DNA of 64,000 bases, taken from positions 59,126,124 to 59,190,123 of the forward strand of contig NC_068993.1 of assembly GCF_001194135.2 (NCBI RefSeq), given 5' to 3'. This document shows, one piece after another, positions 38,416 to 51,020 of the stretch. A program made the position numbers and the translations under genes. Numbering within the stretch: position 1 is the first letter of the stretch; each line of letters begins with the position of its first letter. The stretch comes from Octopus bimaculoides. Its lineage: Eukaryota. The notes below the pieces were generated by a model. The model did not search any database, was not told the DNA's origin, and saw only the letters and a program-made list of their open reading frames with translations.

Positions 38416-40202
38416 TGTGTGTGTGTGCATATATTCATATGCATGTATGTGTATATATATTTGTATATAAATATATATATGTATATATGTGTATATATAT
38501 ATATGTATATATATATGTGCATATATATATATGTATATATATATATATGTATATATGTATATATGTGTACATATGTATATATATATATGTATATATATAT
38601 ATGTATATGTATAGATATATTTGTATATAAACACACACACACACACACATATAAGCAACGTTAGAAGCCAAGAAAATATCTCACAAATACACACACATAC
38701 GCTCACAAACCCGCACACACGCACAAACCCGCACACACGCACACACAACCATATGTCCCTTAATGTTCAACACAAAATCGCGTCTCCAGCAATCGATTTT
38801 CATCGATTCTACCTTCTATATTGGTTAAAATATCGATTACATTGAATACTGTCTGATAATTCAATGTGTCTGTCGATGTCCTGATAACATTCGCCGCCGC
38901 TTTCCCAGGCCTATCTGTGTCTGTCTGTCTGTCTGTCTGTCTGTCTGCCAGCCTGCCTTGTGGCCTTACGTAACTTGTTGTATGAGTTAGTGTAAGGCCG
39001 AGTATTGAGATGTGAGCGAAGGGGAAGATATGGAAGCAAAGGGGATGGAAGAGAAGAGAGACGTTGAATGAATGGGGTTGAACGGAGAACAACGGAGAAC
39101 AAAGACAGAAGAGTCTTTAAACTGAAAGGATAATGAACCGCACAGAGAAAGAAGGAGAGTTGTGGGGAGAGTAGACAACGGTAGCAGAAGCAGGAAATTA
39201 AGAGAAACTCAGAGCGAGGAAATTATATTTATCACATTGTTGGTTTCAGTCGCTGAACTGAGGCCATGCTGGAGTCTTAGGAGAATGCATTCGTTCATAA
39301 CAAATCAACACCGATGTTTATTTCAGTTTTCATCTTAATTTATTGATCTGAATTTATCAAACCCTCAGGTTACAATTTTGCTCAGAACCGGCTTACACCA
39401 ATAAATATAGACACACACAAATGCACTCTCACTCTTTCTTTCTTTCACACACACACACGCGCGCTCGCATGCATGCACACACACACACACAAATAAACAC
39501 AAATAACATATGCATATACTGATATATCTATATACATATATGAATACTTGCATATATATTTACATAGACATCTATATCTATCTATCTCCCTCTCTCTCTC
39601 TATATATATATATATGATTTTAGGGAGAAGAACCAAGGTTCATGAACTCATCGATGAAAATCCGATTTGGATTTTTATCCCAAATAATATTATTATTATA
39701 TATATATATGCGTGTGTGTGTGTATGTGTGTGTGTGTGTGTGTGCATGTGTGTATGTGCATGTGTGTATGTATATATATATATATATATATATNNNNNNN
39801 NNNNNNNNNNNNNNNNNNNNNNNNNNNNNNNNNNNNNNNNNNNNNNNNNNNNNNNNNNNNNNNNNNNNNNNNNNNNNNNNNNNNNNNNNNNNNNNNNNNN
39901 NNNNNNNNNNNNNNNNNNNNNNNNNNNNNNNNNNNNNNNNNNAGTGAAACTTGTCACGAGGCGAACGGGAGAACTCGTTAAATAAGTGTCACGGCCCGTT
40001 CCTTCTTGAAAATTCTAAGGAACGTGTGTCCACCTATCTAGTGAACCCTAGGTGTCCGCCTGCTGTTATTTAGATGCTATCTTTATCGACGATTGAGCTT
40101 GGAAGCTTTAGGTTATCTTATTGCTCAGACACAAAGAACCCCGCATGAACTTGCACTGTTTCCAAATCAAAATTTGAAATCAATATCTAATTGTGACCTT
40201 AA

Positions 40203-40421
40203 GGCTAGCCGAATCGTTAACACGCCGGGACAAACGCTTAGCAGCATTTCGTCCGCCTTTACGTTCCGAGTTCAAATCCTGCCGAAGTTGACTTTGCCTT
40301 TCATCCTTTCAGAGTAGGTAAAATATGCATCAGTTGAATAGTGAGGGGGTGAGGGGGTCGATATAATCGGCTTACCCCTCTTCCGAATTTGCTGGCCTTG
40401 TGCTAAATTTGAAATCAATAT
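40203..40421 (+). mobile_element. SINE family A, full length
   Basis: gaatcgttaacacgccggg...gagttcaaatcctgccgaagttgactttgcctttcatcctttcagag...ggggtcgatataatcggct...ggccttgtgctaaatttgaaatcaat. Confidence 0.93.
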
Positions 40422-41486
40422 TTAATGGCGACACTCTCTGTTCTACTGGATTAAACTGCTTCTTTTAACAGAGTCTATAAAATAAATACCAGTAATAAAG
40501 TGTATACAATTCATTGGATTTTGTCATTTCACCAATTTTGTAGCCTCGCATCTCTTTCTCCCCGCTCCACCACCAATAAACTCCAATAACACTACCAATA
40601 ACAAAATCGATATTTAATCGAAGTTTTCTTATGCCAGTTTCACTATTCAATTTTATTGTCCAACAGTCTGTAATTCTGCGCCGAGTTTCAATAATTGTAT
40701 TTATGATTTTGCATAATATCAAAATCTTATAAATTCTTTGATTCTTTTACTGGTTTTAGTCATCGAACCATGGCCATTCTGGGGCACCACCACTACCTTC
40801 TATGATTGAGTCGAAGATTAAGTAAATGCAAAGGAAATCTGATCGGTTCTTGAAGAAAGAAACGAAGTAAAATACCACGGAGTATTTGTATTTTGTGCGA
40901 CGCTCCGCCGATTATGCTTTCATTCACTTTCCTGTTTAGCTATTCAGCAAAGAAACCTTTTCTGAACTGCTGGGCTAGTAGCCTGCTAGAAATAGCAACT
41001 AAACATCCATATAATCTTTTTTTAAAGAACATGTTGGATCATGGAACCCTCGTCGTCGTAACCGACGGAGTATGTATGTATATACACATATATACATATA
41101 TACTTTTTTATATAATATATATTTGTGTGTGTGCGTGTGCGCGCGCGTGTGTGGATTTGTTTGTGTTAGTGTTCAACAACAACGATAACGGATTCGATAG
41201 CAAATGCAACACTCGAAGGACTCTCGATGAGCGTTCTATTTAATTATTTAATTATTTTATTAATTAATCAACGAAAAAAAAAACCGTTTGTTTCACACGT
41301 TCAAATGTCCATCTATTTATTTCAAATATCTGAAGTAGAATGTAAATCAATGAAAATTACAATATTATCCAACGAAAATGACATTATTATCAGTGAAAAT
41401 TAAATTATCTATGAAAATATTAATTTCCTATACTGGCAGGCTGTACAGTTATAGAGAGGGGTGGTTGTGAGCAGCTAAAACGAAAG

Positions 41487-41539
<53 letters not shown>

Positions 41540-41716
41540 GAAAGAGAGAGAGAGAGGAGGGAAAAGAAAGAGTGAAAGAGAGGAATTGAATCAAACTCTG
41601 TTCATGCATGGAATATATCTTACTTTACCCATCGGGGATGACCTTCTGAATCGTCGTCATCGTCATCGTTTTCGTCACCATCACCACCACCACCACCCTC
41701 ATCCTCATCGTCATCA

Positions 41717-41755
<39 letters not shown>

Positions 41756-42016
41756 TCATCACCATCACCGTCGTTGTCATTATTTTAGTTCTTGCTTCTT
41801 TTTATTTTAATTTTCTTACTTTCTCTTAATTAATTAATAATTTAAATGCATTATACAGAAATTTTATATTCTGAAAATTGTTGTTGTTGTTGATATCAAG
41901 GCGGTGAGCTGACAGAATCGTTACCGCGTTGGTACCAATTTTGGAAGCGTAACAGGAGGTAAAGGGAACGTGCGTTAACTTGAGATAAGTCGGTTGGTTT
42001 GCACCTCGGCACATAG

Positions 42017-42086
42017 CGGGACGCCAGATCTTTACGGGACGCCAGATCTTTACGAGACGCCAGATCTTTGCGGGACGCCAGGTCCT
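42017..42086. repeat. 18-bp CpG-rich tandem repeat (CGGGACGCCAGATCTTTA) x~3.9
   Basis: Units start at 42017, 42035, 42053 and 42071. Confidence 0.96.
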
Positions 42087-43377
42087 GTCGCTGGAACGAA
42101 GGTATGTTTGAAGTGCACAGTGTCCGGTGCATTCAATAAAAACCGAGAAGAGGCCGTGAGTGAGTTGCTCAGTCTCAAGGAGAAATCGATTGAAAGAATG
42201 CTTTCGTTGGAAAAAGTTTTGTGGCAGAAACTTGCATCGTGTATTGTCCTAGAAAACAGATTGGAGCAGAAAGATACAAAGGAAAACAGACTCTACTGAA
42301 TGATTTATAGAGGTATGCTTTAGAAATATAGCTGAAACTACTTTTAGAACAGTTAATATTATGAACATTCAATTTAAACAATAATAAATTCTAGCCTTAC
42401 TGAAAATTTAATGAAAGTCTGTTTTATATGAATAAGAATTGAAAGCAACATTCTCTTCGAGCAAATTTTATCTCCAACACTTGTAAAGTTCAGTTTCAAG
42501 GCCTCGTTTTTTAGTTATCGTTAGTATAACAAGACACTTCGAAATAGTAACGTTACGCCTAAAGCACAGTACACTATCAAGACTGATATTTTCAAGTGTT
42601 AAAACAAACCATGATATATTTATCCTATTATCTGTATGTCAGAACTCACATTTTCAGTGACAAACTTGATCTCTATTTCTTATTCTCCGATTAAATAGAT
42701 ATCATAAATAGAAATATGGTTTAGATAAACTATTTATGCTGTAAATATTTTACACGTCATGTTAGTAATTACATTTCTCGAGTCCTTTCCAACAACAGCA
42801 ATATAGTCACATTTCCTACTTGCAAATGAATCACCGCAAGTATTTGTCCACTTAATGATAATTGTCTTTTAAACACTTTAATTTATTGCGAGGCAATTCA
42901 ACGGTGCCTCCAGAAACAACATCGACGTGAATAGCAATTGCTTTAAATTTTGTTTTGTCAATATATTCAACATTTAGGAGACCTGAAGGAAAATTTGCTG
43001 CAAGATTCTTCAAATACATTTAGTTACAAAAGAGAACAGATTTATTGAGTTTCAAATACAATCGTGGTTTCTCGGTTGCGCTACCTATTATGTAAATGGT
43101 AGTTTGCGTTCAAATATGCACCAAAGGCTTTGTTTATATGAGAGATTATTAATGCAGTTTCAACAGAGCAATAGATTATAACAACGTTCAGTAATATGGG
43201 ATTAATGCAAACATTCTTCAAAGTTCTGGCTTCGCATTTATGAATCTCCAGATGGTTGACTAAAGCCACGAAATTATGCAAAATTATGCAAACATTGCAA
43301 TTAAACAACTCTTCCTTTTACATCCGCTTTTTACCAACAAGATTTACTTAACATTGCACTGTTAGTATTTTTATATT

Positions 43378-43451
<74 letters not shown>

Positions 43452-43452
<1 letters not shown>

Positions 43453-43667
43453 GAGGAGATGCTGAAAAGTTCCTGGCTTTGGGTAAAAGAAAATACAGAA
43501 GGATCAGCTAATTATGTTTTTATTTAACATATTCCCTTCTCAGATTCACACACTTAATGCAGATATCATTCGATTTTTCTCAGCCCTGTAAAAGAACTCG
43601 GAAGGTTAAGCCTCCAGCCAAGCCTTTCGCAACATTCTTAAAACCAGGAACTTTCAGCACCACTCCA
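43452..43667 (-). mobile_element. Mariner-derived MITE, copy 2
   Basis: TA-cgaggagatgctgaaaagttcctggc ... aaccaggaactttcagcaccactcca-TA; the interior is the reverse complement of copy 1. Confidence 0.9.
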
Positions 43668-43775
43668 TATTTACATACACACACATACACGTATACACAT
43701 ACATTCACACGTATATAAGTATGAAGGGGTGAGTATGTAGACGAGAGCGTGTATGTAAATGTGTGTGATAGTGTA

Positions 43776-43840
<65 letters not shown>

Positions 43841-44160
43841 CTTTGACTTTTGCTTTTCATTTGTAGTAGTTGAGTCCAAGTCTCACCCAGAGACCTCAAG
43901 GGACAAGTTAGAAGTTCATGTTGGCGTCATGCCTAGGGTGCCATATATTTGGTTTTGTACATAGTGTTGTTCTAGAGAATGTTTAAGAAAACATAAGAAA
44001 ATTATAAGTTTGTTTTAAAATTTGAGATTACATAGACAATATTATACGTAGGCTACAGGCAGTTCTCATGAGCACTATCTTTTGAAGTTCTGCTATTTTG
44101 GGGTTTCCTGGTATCTGAGCTAGGTAGGAATCAGCCCTTTTTACTATCAAAGGCTGTTTA
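43776..44160 (-). mobile_element. R4/Dong-type LINE 3' end with (TAA)n tail
   Basis: ADSYLAQIPGNPKIAELQKIVLMRTACSLRIILSM* (cf. the IQKxxLLGTAxILRKVL terminus), stop at 44028-44030, ~190-nt 3' UTR, then (TAA)n at 43776-43837. Confidence 0.85.
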
Positions 44161-45828
44161 TTCTCTACCTTCTGTATCTCCTTTCTTCACTCTGTTTAAT
44201 TGAAACTAGCGGATGATGGCAAAGGCACAAGGTCGATTCGGAAGTTAGGGACGATTAATATTGTTGTGTCAGGTATTCATTAGTAACTTTTTCGAACACT
44301 CATATTATCATGTTAATAAGGTTTTCTGCCGACTCATATAATCGCTCTTTAGTTGATGTCAACAATGAATTTCACCTTAAATATAGTCTGTGTTGAAGTG
44401 TCTTCAGGTATCCAAGTTTAGTGTCAAACGTTGGAACAAGCACTGTTGCTGTAAACACATTATGAGATGTCAATTTATTGAATTCAGATATCTCTGACTT
44501 CCTTTTCAACCAAATTCTGTTGAATTATTCCGTTGTCAATTCAGCTTTTCTCACACTACAAACATATGCAATATTCCCATAAATTTCGAAATATTAATAA
44601 CACTCGTTCATAGAGTTAGAATAGATAGATTGGCTATTCATATCCATATTTTTTGTCTATTCAACAATTTTTTTGTCTATTAATTGCCAAATACGAACAC
44701 TTATCTTGATCGAACGCTGCGGGAGACTATTGCAAGCCGCTCTATCTCATGACGTCATGAACATTACCCGAAACAGCTTCAGGTCATCGATACAATAAAA
44801 GAAGTGGGTGACGTTGTTTTACCTTTATTTTGTAGACCCTACAATATAACCTTGGCATTTCCTCAGCTGTGCTGATAAATAGTTCGCTGCCAAGATGAAC
44901 AGCAATACTGACGAAACTAATTATGTTTCTACCTATATAAATTACACCAGTTCTTAGTTATAGTTACGTGGACATATAATCTTTTAATAGTATCGAAAAC
45001 AGGAAATGGAAACTTGGCAGAGCGTAGGGACTCTAGTATTCAAAAGTGAAGGACAACGTTACAGGTCTTCTGACCAATCTGTCAATAGATTTTGGTGATA
45101 CCGCTTCGCTCCTTTAAGAAAAACTCTGTTGGGGAGATGCTCGACACAAACTCAAACTTCTTACTTTTGTCCTTCCTGCTTAGCAATCATCATATCATAT
45201 GTTTCGTTGTGATCTTAGAGAAAGACATTCAAACATCCGGTGTACAGTTTATTCATAACATTTAAGTATATTTTGAGATTGCATCTTAATATCGTATGCA
45301 TTTCTTAGTGCTTGGGGACATCGAGTCAGCATTCCATATGTTTTTGAAATGGTTGACATGATCTTTCCTGTAAAACGTGGCCTTTTTACCAACAACCACG
45401 AACAGATCTCATTCACAACTGTCAAGAGTGTTTCACAAGTATAATTATATTTGTTAGCAGAGACATGCGCACAGTACTCACTTATTAGCTCATTTAACCA
45501 TACTGCATTGTATTTGTGCTTCTTATTTACATTCCAGATTCCTTACCCACTCTCCACAAATCTAGATTATCTTGAGAATGTACATTTATAACCTGAATGG
45601 TATGATCTTCCCATGCTTCGATACACATCTCGTGGATTTAAGGAAAATGGGCGGTCGATAGGCCAACGTTCTTGTCATTTCATTGATAACAAAGTTTTTG
45701 ATTTACAGGTCATTATCCGTGCTTAAAGACAATTATTACTTACCCTATCAGTATCTCCCGAATGCGGTTTTCGTACGTTATAGGTAATCTATCATAAATT
45801 CGTAATTAGTCCTTCATAAATTCATAAT

Positions 45829-46300
45829 TCACTTTGCATAATATAATAACAGTATCCAATTTCCGATGTCTTTCCGTAGTCCGTCGATGTTTTTCTGAGA
45901 AGTAATCCATCTTGGTTGCGTGTTATTCTTACCATCGATCACTTTCAATCCAATCATTTGGTGAACTATAATTATAATACGATACAGTAAAACGTCCAAT
46001 GTCCAAAATCTGGGAGATTCAATTTGACCAAGGTGTTCTTTCATAACTTTATCGATTGCGGATAACATTAAGCCATTGGGTCTTTTATCGACTCGTGTCA
46101 TTCATTCATTTAGTAGATTATTAAATCTTGCCGCGAGCTATGCTTTGAGCTCTTTTCAGCCGTCACTTATTTCTGTTTGTTCGTAAGCGGTTCTGAGAAT
46201 TGGCAGCATTCCAATTTTTAGCAATTTTCCCGCCAGTAATAAATTAATCCGATTAAGCAACAAGAAAGCGATATACATTGAAATCTGTCTGTTTCCGTAA
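45829..46300 (-). mobile_element. Probable N-terminal ORF relic of an RLE-type (R4/Dong-like) LINE
   Basis: TRVDKRP...LLY...KNNTQPRWITSQKNIDGLRKDIG resembles the PxW...I..LRKDIG segment upstream of RT in RLE elements. The match is from memory and moderate. Confidence 0.45.
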
Positions 46301-47159
46301 ACTGTAAAATGGAATACTCAGCCGTTAATGAAATCGCAATGCAAGATTGAGACTTAACTCGGTAATTCCCCTTTTCTAACTACAGAGATATTATAATTGT
46401 TAATATACATCTGTCTATACGTACACTGCTTGCAAAAATCTGTATGTAAAAATATTGCGTAGTAAGTACAGTACAGTATTCATATAAAACACTGTTGACG
46501 CACCAGTTATATATATATATATAATATATATATATATACATGTGAGTGTATGTGTGTGTGTGAAGAAACAGCTCAAACAATGCCTGGGCTGACAGAAGAG
46601 CATGCAAACATATATAACACACTACCATGTATAATGACGTAATGTTTCACAAGCTAGAAGAATAGGTAATGTACAAGAAGTCAAGCCATAAAGTATTAAA
46701 TATTTCTTTTTGCAGTGAAAAAGATTGTTTTAAAAATCTATATTATTATTTATTAAATTACCTACAGACAGTTATCGTAAATAATGATAAATAGCTGAAA
46801 ATTATACATTTCCTTTTACACCTACTGTAAGTATTCTGTCCACCAGATGTATTATGAGTTACTTTTGAATTAATAATAAGGTATGATTTGAGCTTATTAT
46901 TAACATAGCAGCCATGACAGATGGTGTGGTGTGGACGAACGTAAACTCAGTTCGTTGAAGCAACCTCAAAATGAGTTTAAAATTTTGGTGTGTTTTACTT
47001 GTTTCGGTCACTGGACTGGGGCCAAGCTGGAGTAGCATCTTCAAGAGTTTAGTCAAACAGATCGAACCGTTGAAATACAGGGATCTAAACAATGCTACAC
47101 CGGGGTACAAACACAAAGATACACATACACATTTAACATACATTTACTTGCATGTACGT

Positions 47160-47202
<43 letters not shown>

Positions 47203-47815
47203 NNNNNNNNNNNNNNNNNNNNNNNNNNNNNNNNNNNNNNNNNNNNNNNNNNNNNNNNNNNNNNNNNNNNNNNNNNNNNNNNNNNNNNNNNNNNNNNNNN
47301 NNNNNNNNNNNNNNNNNNNNNNNNNNNNNNNNNNNNNNNNNNNNNNNNNNNNNNNNNNNNNNNNNNNNNNNNNNNNNNNNNNNNNNNNNNNNNNNNNNNN
47401 NNNNNNNNNNNNNNNNNNNNNNNNNNNNNNNNNNNNNNNNNNNNNNNNNNNNNNNNNNNNNNNNNNNNNNNNNNNNNNNNNNNNNNNNNNNNNNNNNNNN
47501 NNNNNNNNNNNNNNNNNNNNNNNNNNNNNNNNNNNNNNNNNNNNNNNNNNNNNNNNNNNNNNNNNNNNNNNNNNNNNNNNNNNNNNNNNNNNNNNNNNNN
47601 NNNNNNNNNNNNNNNNNNNNNNNNNNNNNNNNNNNNNNNNNNNNNNNNNNNNNNNNNNNNNNNNNNNNNNNNNNNNNNNNNNNNNNNNNNNNNNNNNNNN
47701 NNNNNNNNNNNNNNNNNNNNNNNNNNNNNNNNNNNNNNNNNNNNNNNNNNNNNNNNNNNNNNNNNNNNNNNNNNNNNNNNNNNNNNNNNNNNNNNNNNNN
47801 NNNNNNNNNNNNNNN

Positions 47816-47851
<36 letters not shown>

Positions 47852-48520
47852 GCGTATGCATATATGCGTATGTATATACCTGCATTTATGTACATGTGTG
47901 TATGTATGTGCAGATACGTTTATATGCATATCTTTATGAGCGCCTGTACCATCAAAACATCGACTACTAGTTATCAATCAAATTCGGGTTGCGAACTTAT
48001 CTGGGAAACTAAGCCAGTCTCAAATATCGCCAAAAAGTACATTTCCATTACTGTCTATTTCATCTTCATATATTACCAAACGTTACATCGACACTTTGGT
48101 CTCACCTGGGGAAAGGCAAACACACTTATATCATACATACTTACACTATAAACAAAATGCACTCACACGATATAGGACAGAAAATACACATGCATATACA
48201 GACGCGTTTTACTAACACATATAGACAATGTTTATTATGAAGGAAAACGACAGTTGAATGTAGACAAAATTATAAGCAATGTTTTCACACTATTATTGCT
48301 ATTAGCATTATCTATTACTATATTTATTTTTATAGTATTTTTTTGTAATTATTATTGATAATAACTCATCAAGTAATCTTGTGTTTTATTGAAATCCAAA
48401 TATTTGAGGTTGTTTTTTTCTTTCCCACTTATTATTTTCTTTTAATATAATTTCGATATAATTTTATCAATATTATTTTTACACGACGTTCGTTAGTTGT
48501 TTCTTAGTTTTTACTTCTCT

Positions 48521-48584
<64 letters not shown>

Positions 48585-48690
48585 CACACTATCTCCTCTT
48601 TGTCTGTCTCTCCTCTCTCTCTCTTTCTTTCTGTATGCATGTACGTAAGTATATATATATATATATGTATGTATATATATACATACATAC

Positions 48691-48776
<86 letters not shown>

Positions 48777-48959
48777 ATGTATGTATTATGAATCATATTG
48801 AAAATATCTTTCAATTTGATAAAAAAAATGGAGAATCCCGACACCAACCAACACTTTCCAAAATATCATAAACAGCAGTGTGAAACCAATTTATATATAC
48901 TTACTTACAAAGCTAAATATGCGCACGCGTGTACGTACGTATGTATGTATGTATGTATG

Positions 48960-49105
48960 TATATATTCTCTGTCCGTTTTTTTCCTCTCAATTCATTCTG
49001 TCGAAGAGCGTAGGATCGAAACGTCAAATACTTTTCCATTCTTCCGGACCGTCAAGCTAATACATCTACTTGTTGTTCCTCCACCTGTCTTCGTCTTTTG
49101 TTTTC
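48960..49105 (+). mobile_element. Penelope-like element terminal fragment
   Basis: ctgtcgaagagcgtaggatcgaaacgtc resembles the CTGAAGA...CGAAACGT signature of PLE termini, followed by a pyrimidine-rich tail. Confidence 0.4.
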
Positions 49106-49233
49106 TATAAATTTGAATTACACACACACAAACACATACACAGATCATACGCATATATACATATGTATAAATATGTGCATATATATACATACATATAGAC
49201 ACACGTGTAAGAATATATATGTATATATTCGTG

Positions 49234-49285
<52 letters not shown>

Positions 49286-49295
49286 NNNNNNNNNN

Positions 49296-49341
<46 letters not shown>

Positions 49342-49574
49342 TGGTGTGTATGTGTGTATCTTTGCAAGTAATTCTATTTCACCCTGTGTGTGTGTATGCA
49401 TTTGTATTACGTGCGTACATGTACGCTTACATATATGTTTACAATATTAGTAGTCTTATATTTCTTTTCAAAAGGTCTCACGTTTTACAAATCTATTTCA
49501 AAGCTATTATTATCTCTTTATACCAGACTAATTCTTTCTGAAAACTCCTTCAACACCATACATATATATTCAAT

Positions 49575-49900
49575 TCTATTATTCTATTATTCTATTATCA
49601 GTTTGAGCTAAAGACTGATGCAATGCTGGGGCACCGCCATTAGCAATATTGCTTCTTATTCTAGACTCACACCTCGGCCCTGTCTGTGAAATCGGTCTTG
49701 ATGAAGTAACGAGTTGGACAGAGCTGCCCTTCTCTGCACATATTGCCGTAATATAGGTTCATCTTGTATATTAGATAAAACTTTAGCTAATTGTTCTTTG
49801 AATTTAACCACGTTTACACCTCAGAGATCTCAGACAGCTTTTGACAATTTACTGAAAAGCTGCGGGACTTTAAACCTAAGCTGTTACTTTTCACTCTTTA
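49575..49900 (-). mobile_element. CR1/L2-group LINE 3' end (ORF2 C-terminus plus 3' UTR)
   Basis: LRFKVPQLFSKLSKAV*DL*GVNVVKFKEQLAKVLSNIQDEPILRQYVQRRAALSNSLLHQ (cf. PxLFNxLP..R...GV....FK..LD..L..VPDEP......AA.SNSL), then ggcggtgccccagcattgc...aaac and an (ATAGAATA)n tail. Confidence 0.85.
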
Positions 49901-50216
49901 ATTAATTAGAAATAAATCAACACTGTGACAACAATCTCTAATAGGAGAACAAAAGGGAAGAATCTCAAATATATCACAAAAAGAAAATATTACTTAATGT
50001 TCGAAATAAGGAGTAGAAGGACAGCCAACAACTGACGAATGGTCGTTTTTTTATGTTACTTGTCTTGTTTTTCATTCGTTTCTTTCGTTTTTTTTGCGTA
50101 CCCAAAGTTATTTTCGTATTTCATGTCTGTTTACGTTCTTGTGACGTCCTGTACCGATATATTCATAGCTATATACATATATACGTATATATGTACATAT
50201 GTGTGTCCATATATTC

Positions 50217-50251
<35 letters not shown>

Positions 50252-50285
50252 TTGATTGAATGCCACGCATCCATTTCCAAGTCAG

Positions 50286-50344
<59 letters not shown>

Positions 50345-50899
50345 NNNNNNNNNNNNNNNNNNNNNNNNNNNNNNNNNNNNATATATAGTAAACGTTGTCA
50401 ACGCAGTATCAAAATAGATTAAGGTTAGTATATAGTAACAAGAACCACATGTAGTTTAAAAGAATGAACAGAAAACAAATTTTTAAAATTTCTGATATTT
50501 CGTTGCGCTATTTTACAATAATCATCAATTTAGAATTAAATCAATTACGAATTACGTCTTCAGATGATATATCGAAATATTTCCATTTACATCGGCTGAA
50601 GAAGTGATCTGAAATCGATTTTGTTGTTGCTTTATGCCTACTGATACGTACGCAGTGAAATATCTGAAATATGAACGATTTGTTTTCAGTTGGGTCTTAC
50701 ACGTGCGCGCACAAACGCACACTTACACGTGCATGTGTGTGCGCGCAGGCATGTGTGTGTTTGTGTTTGTGTATGTGTGCTGCATCATTTCGTTGTCCTT
50801 GGAACACTAAGCGTCATCATACAGACAATATATTTATAAATAATATATATAAATGTGAGTGAGCATGTGTGTGTGTGTGTCTGTGAGCACGCGCGTGTG

Positions 50900-51020
<121 letters not shown>

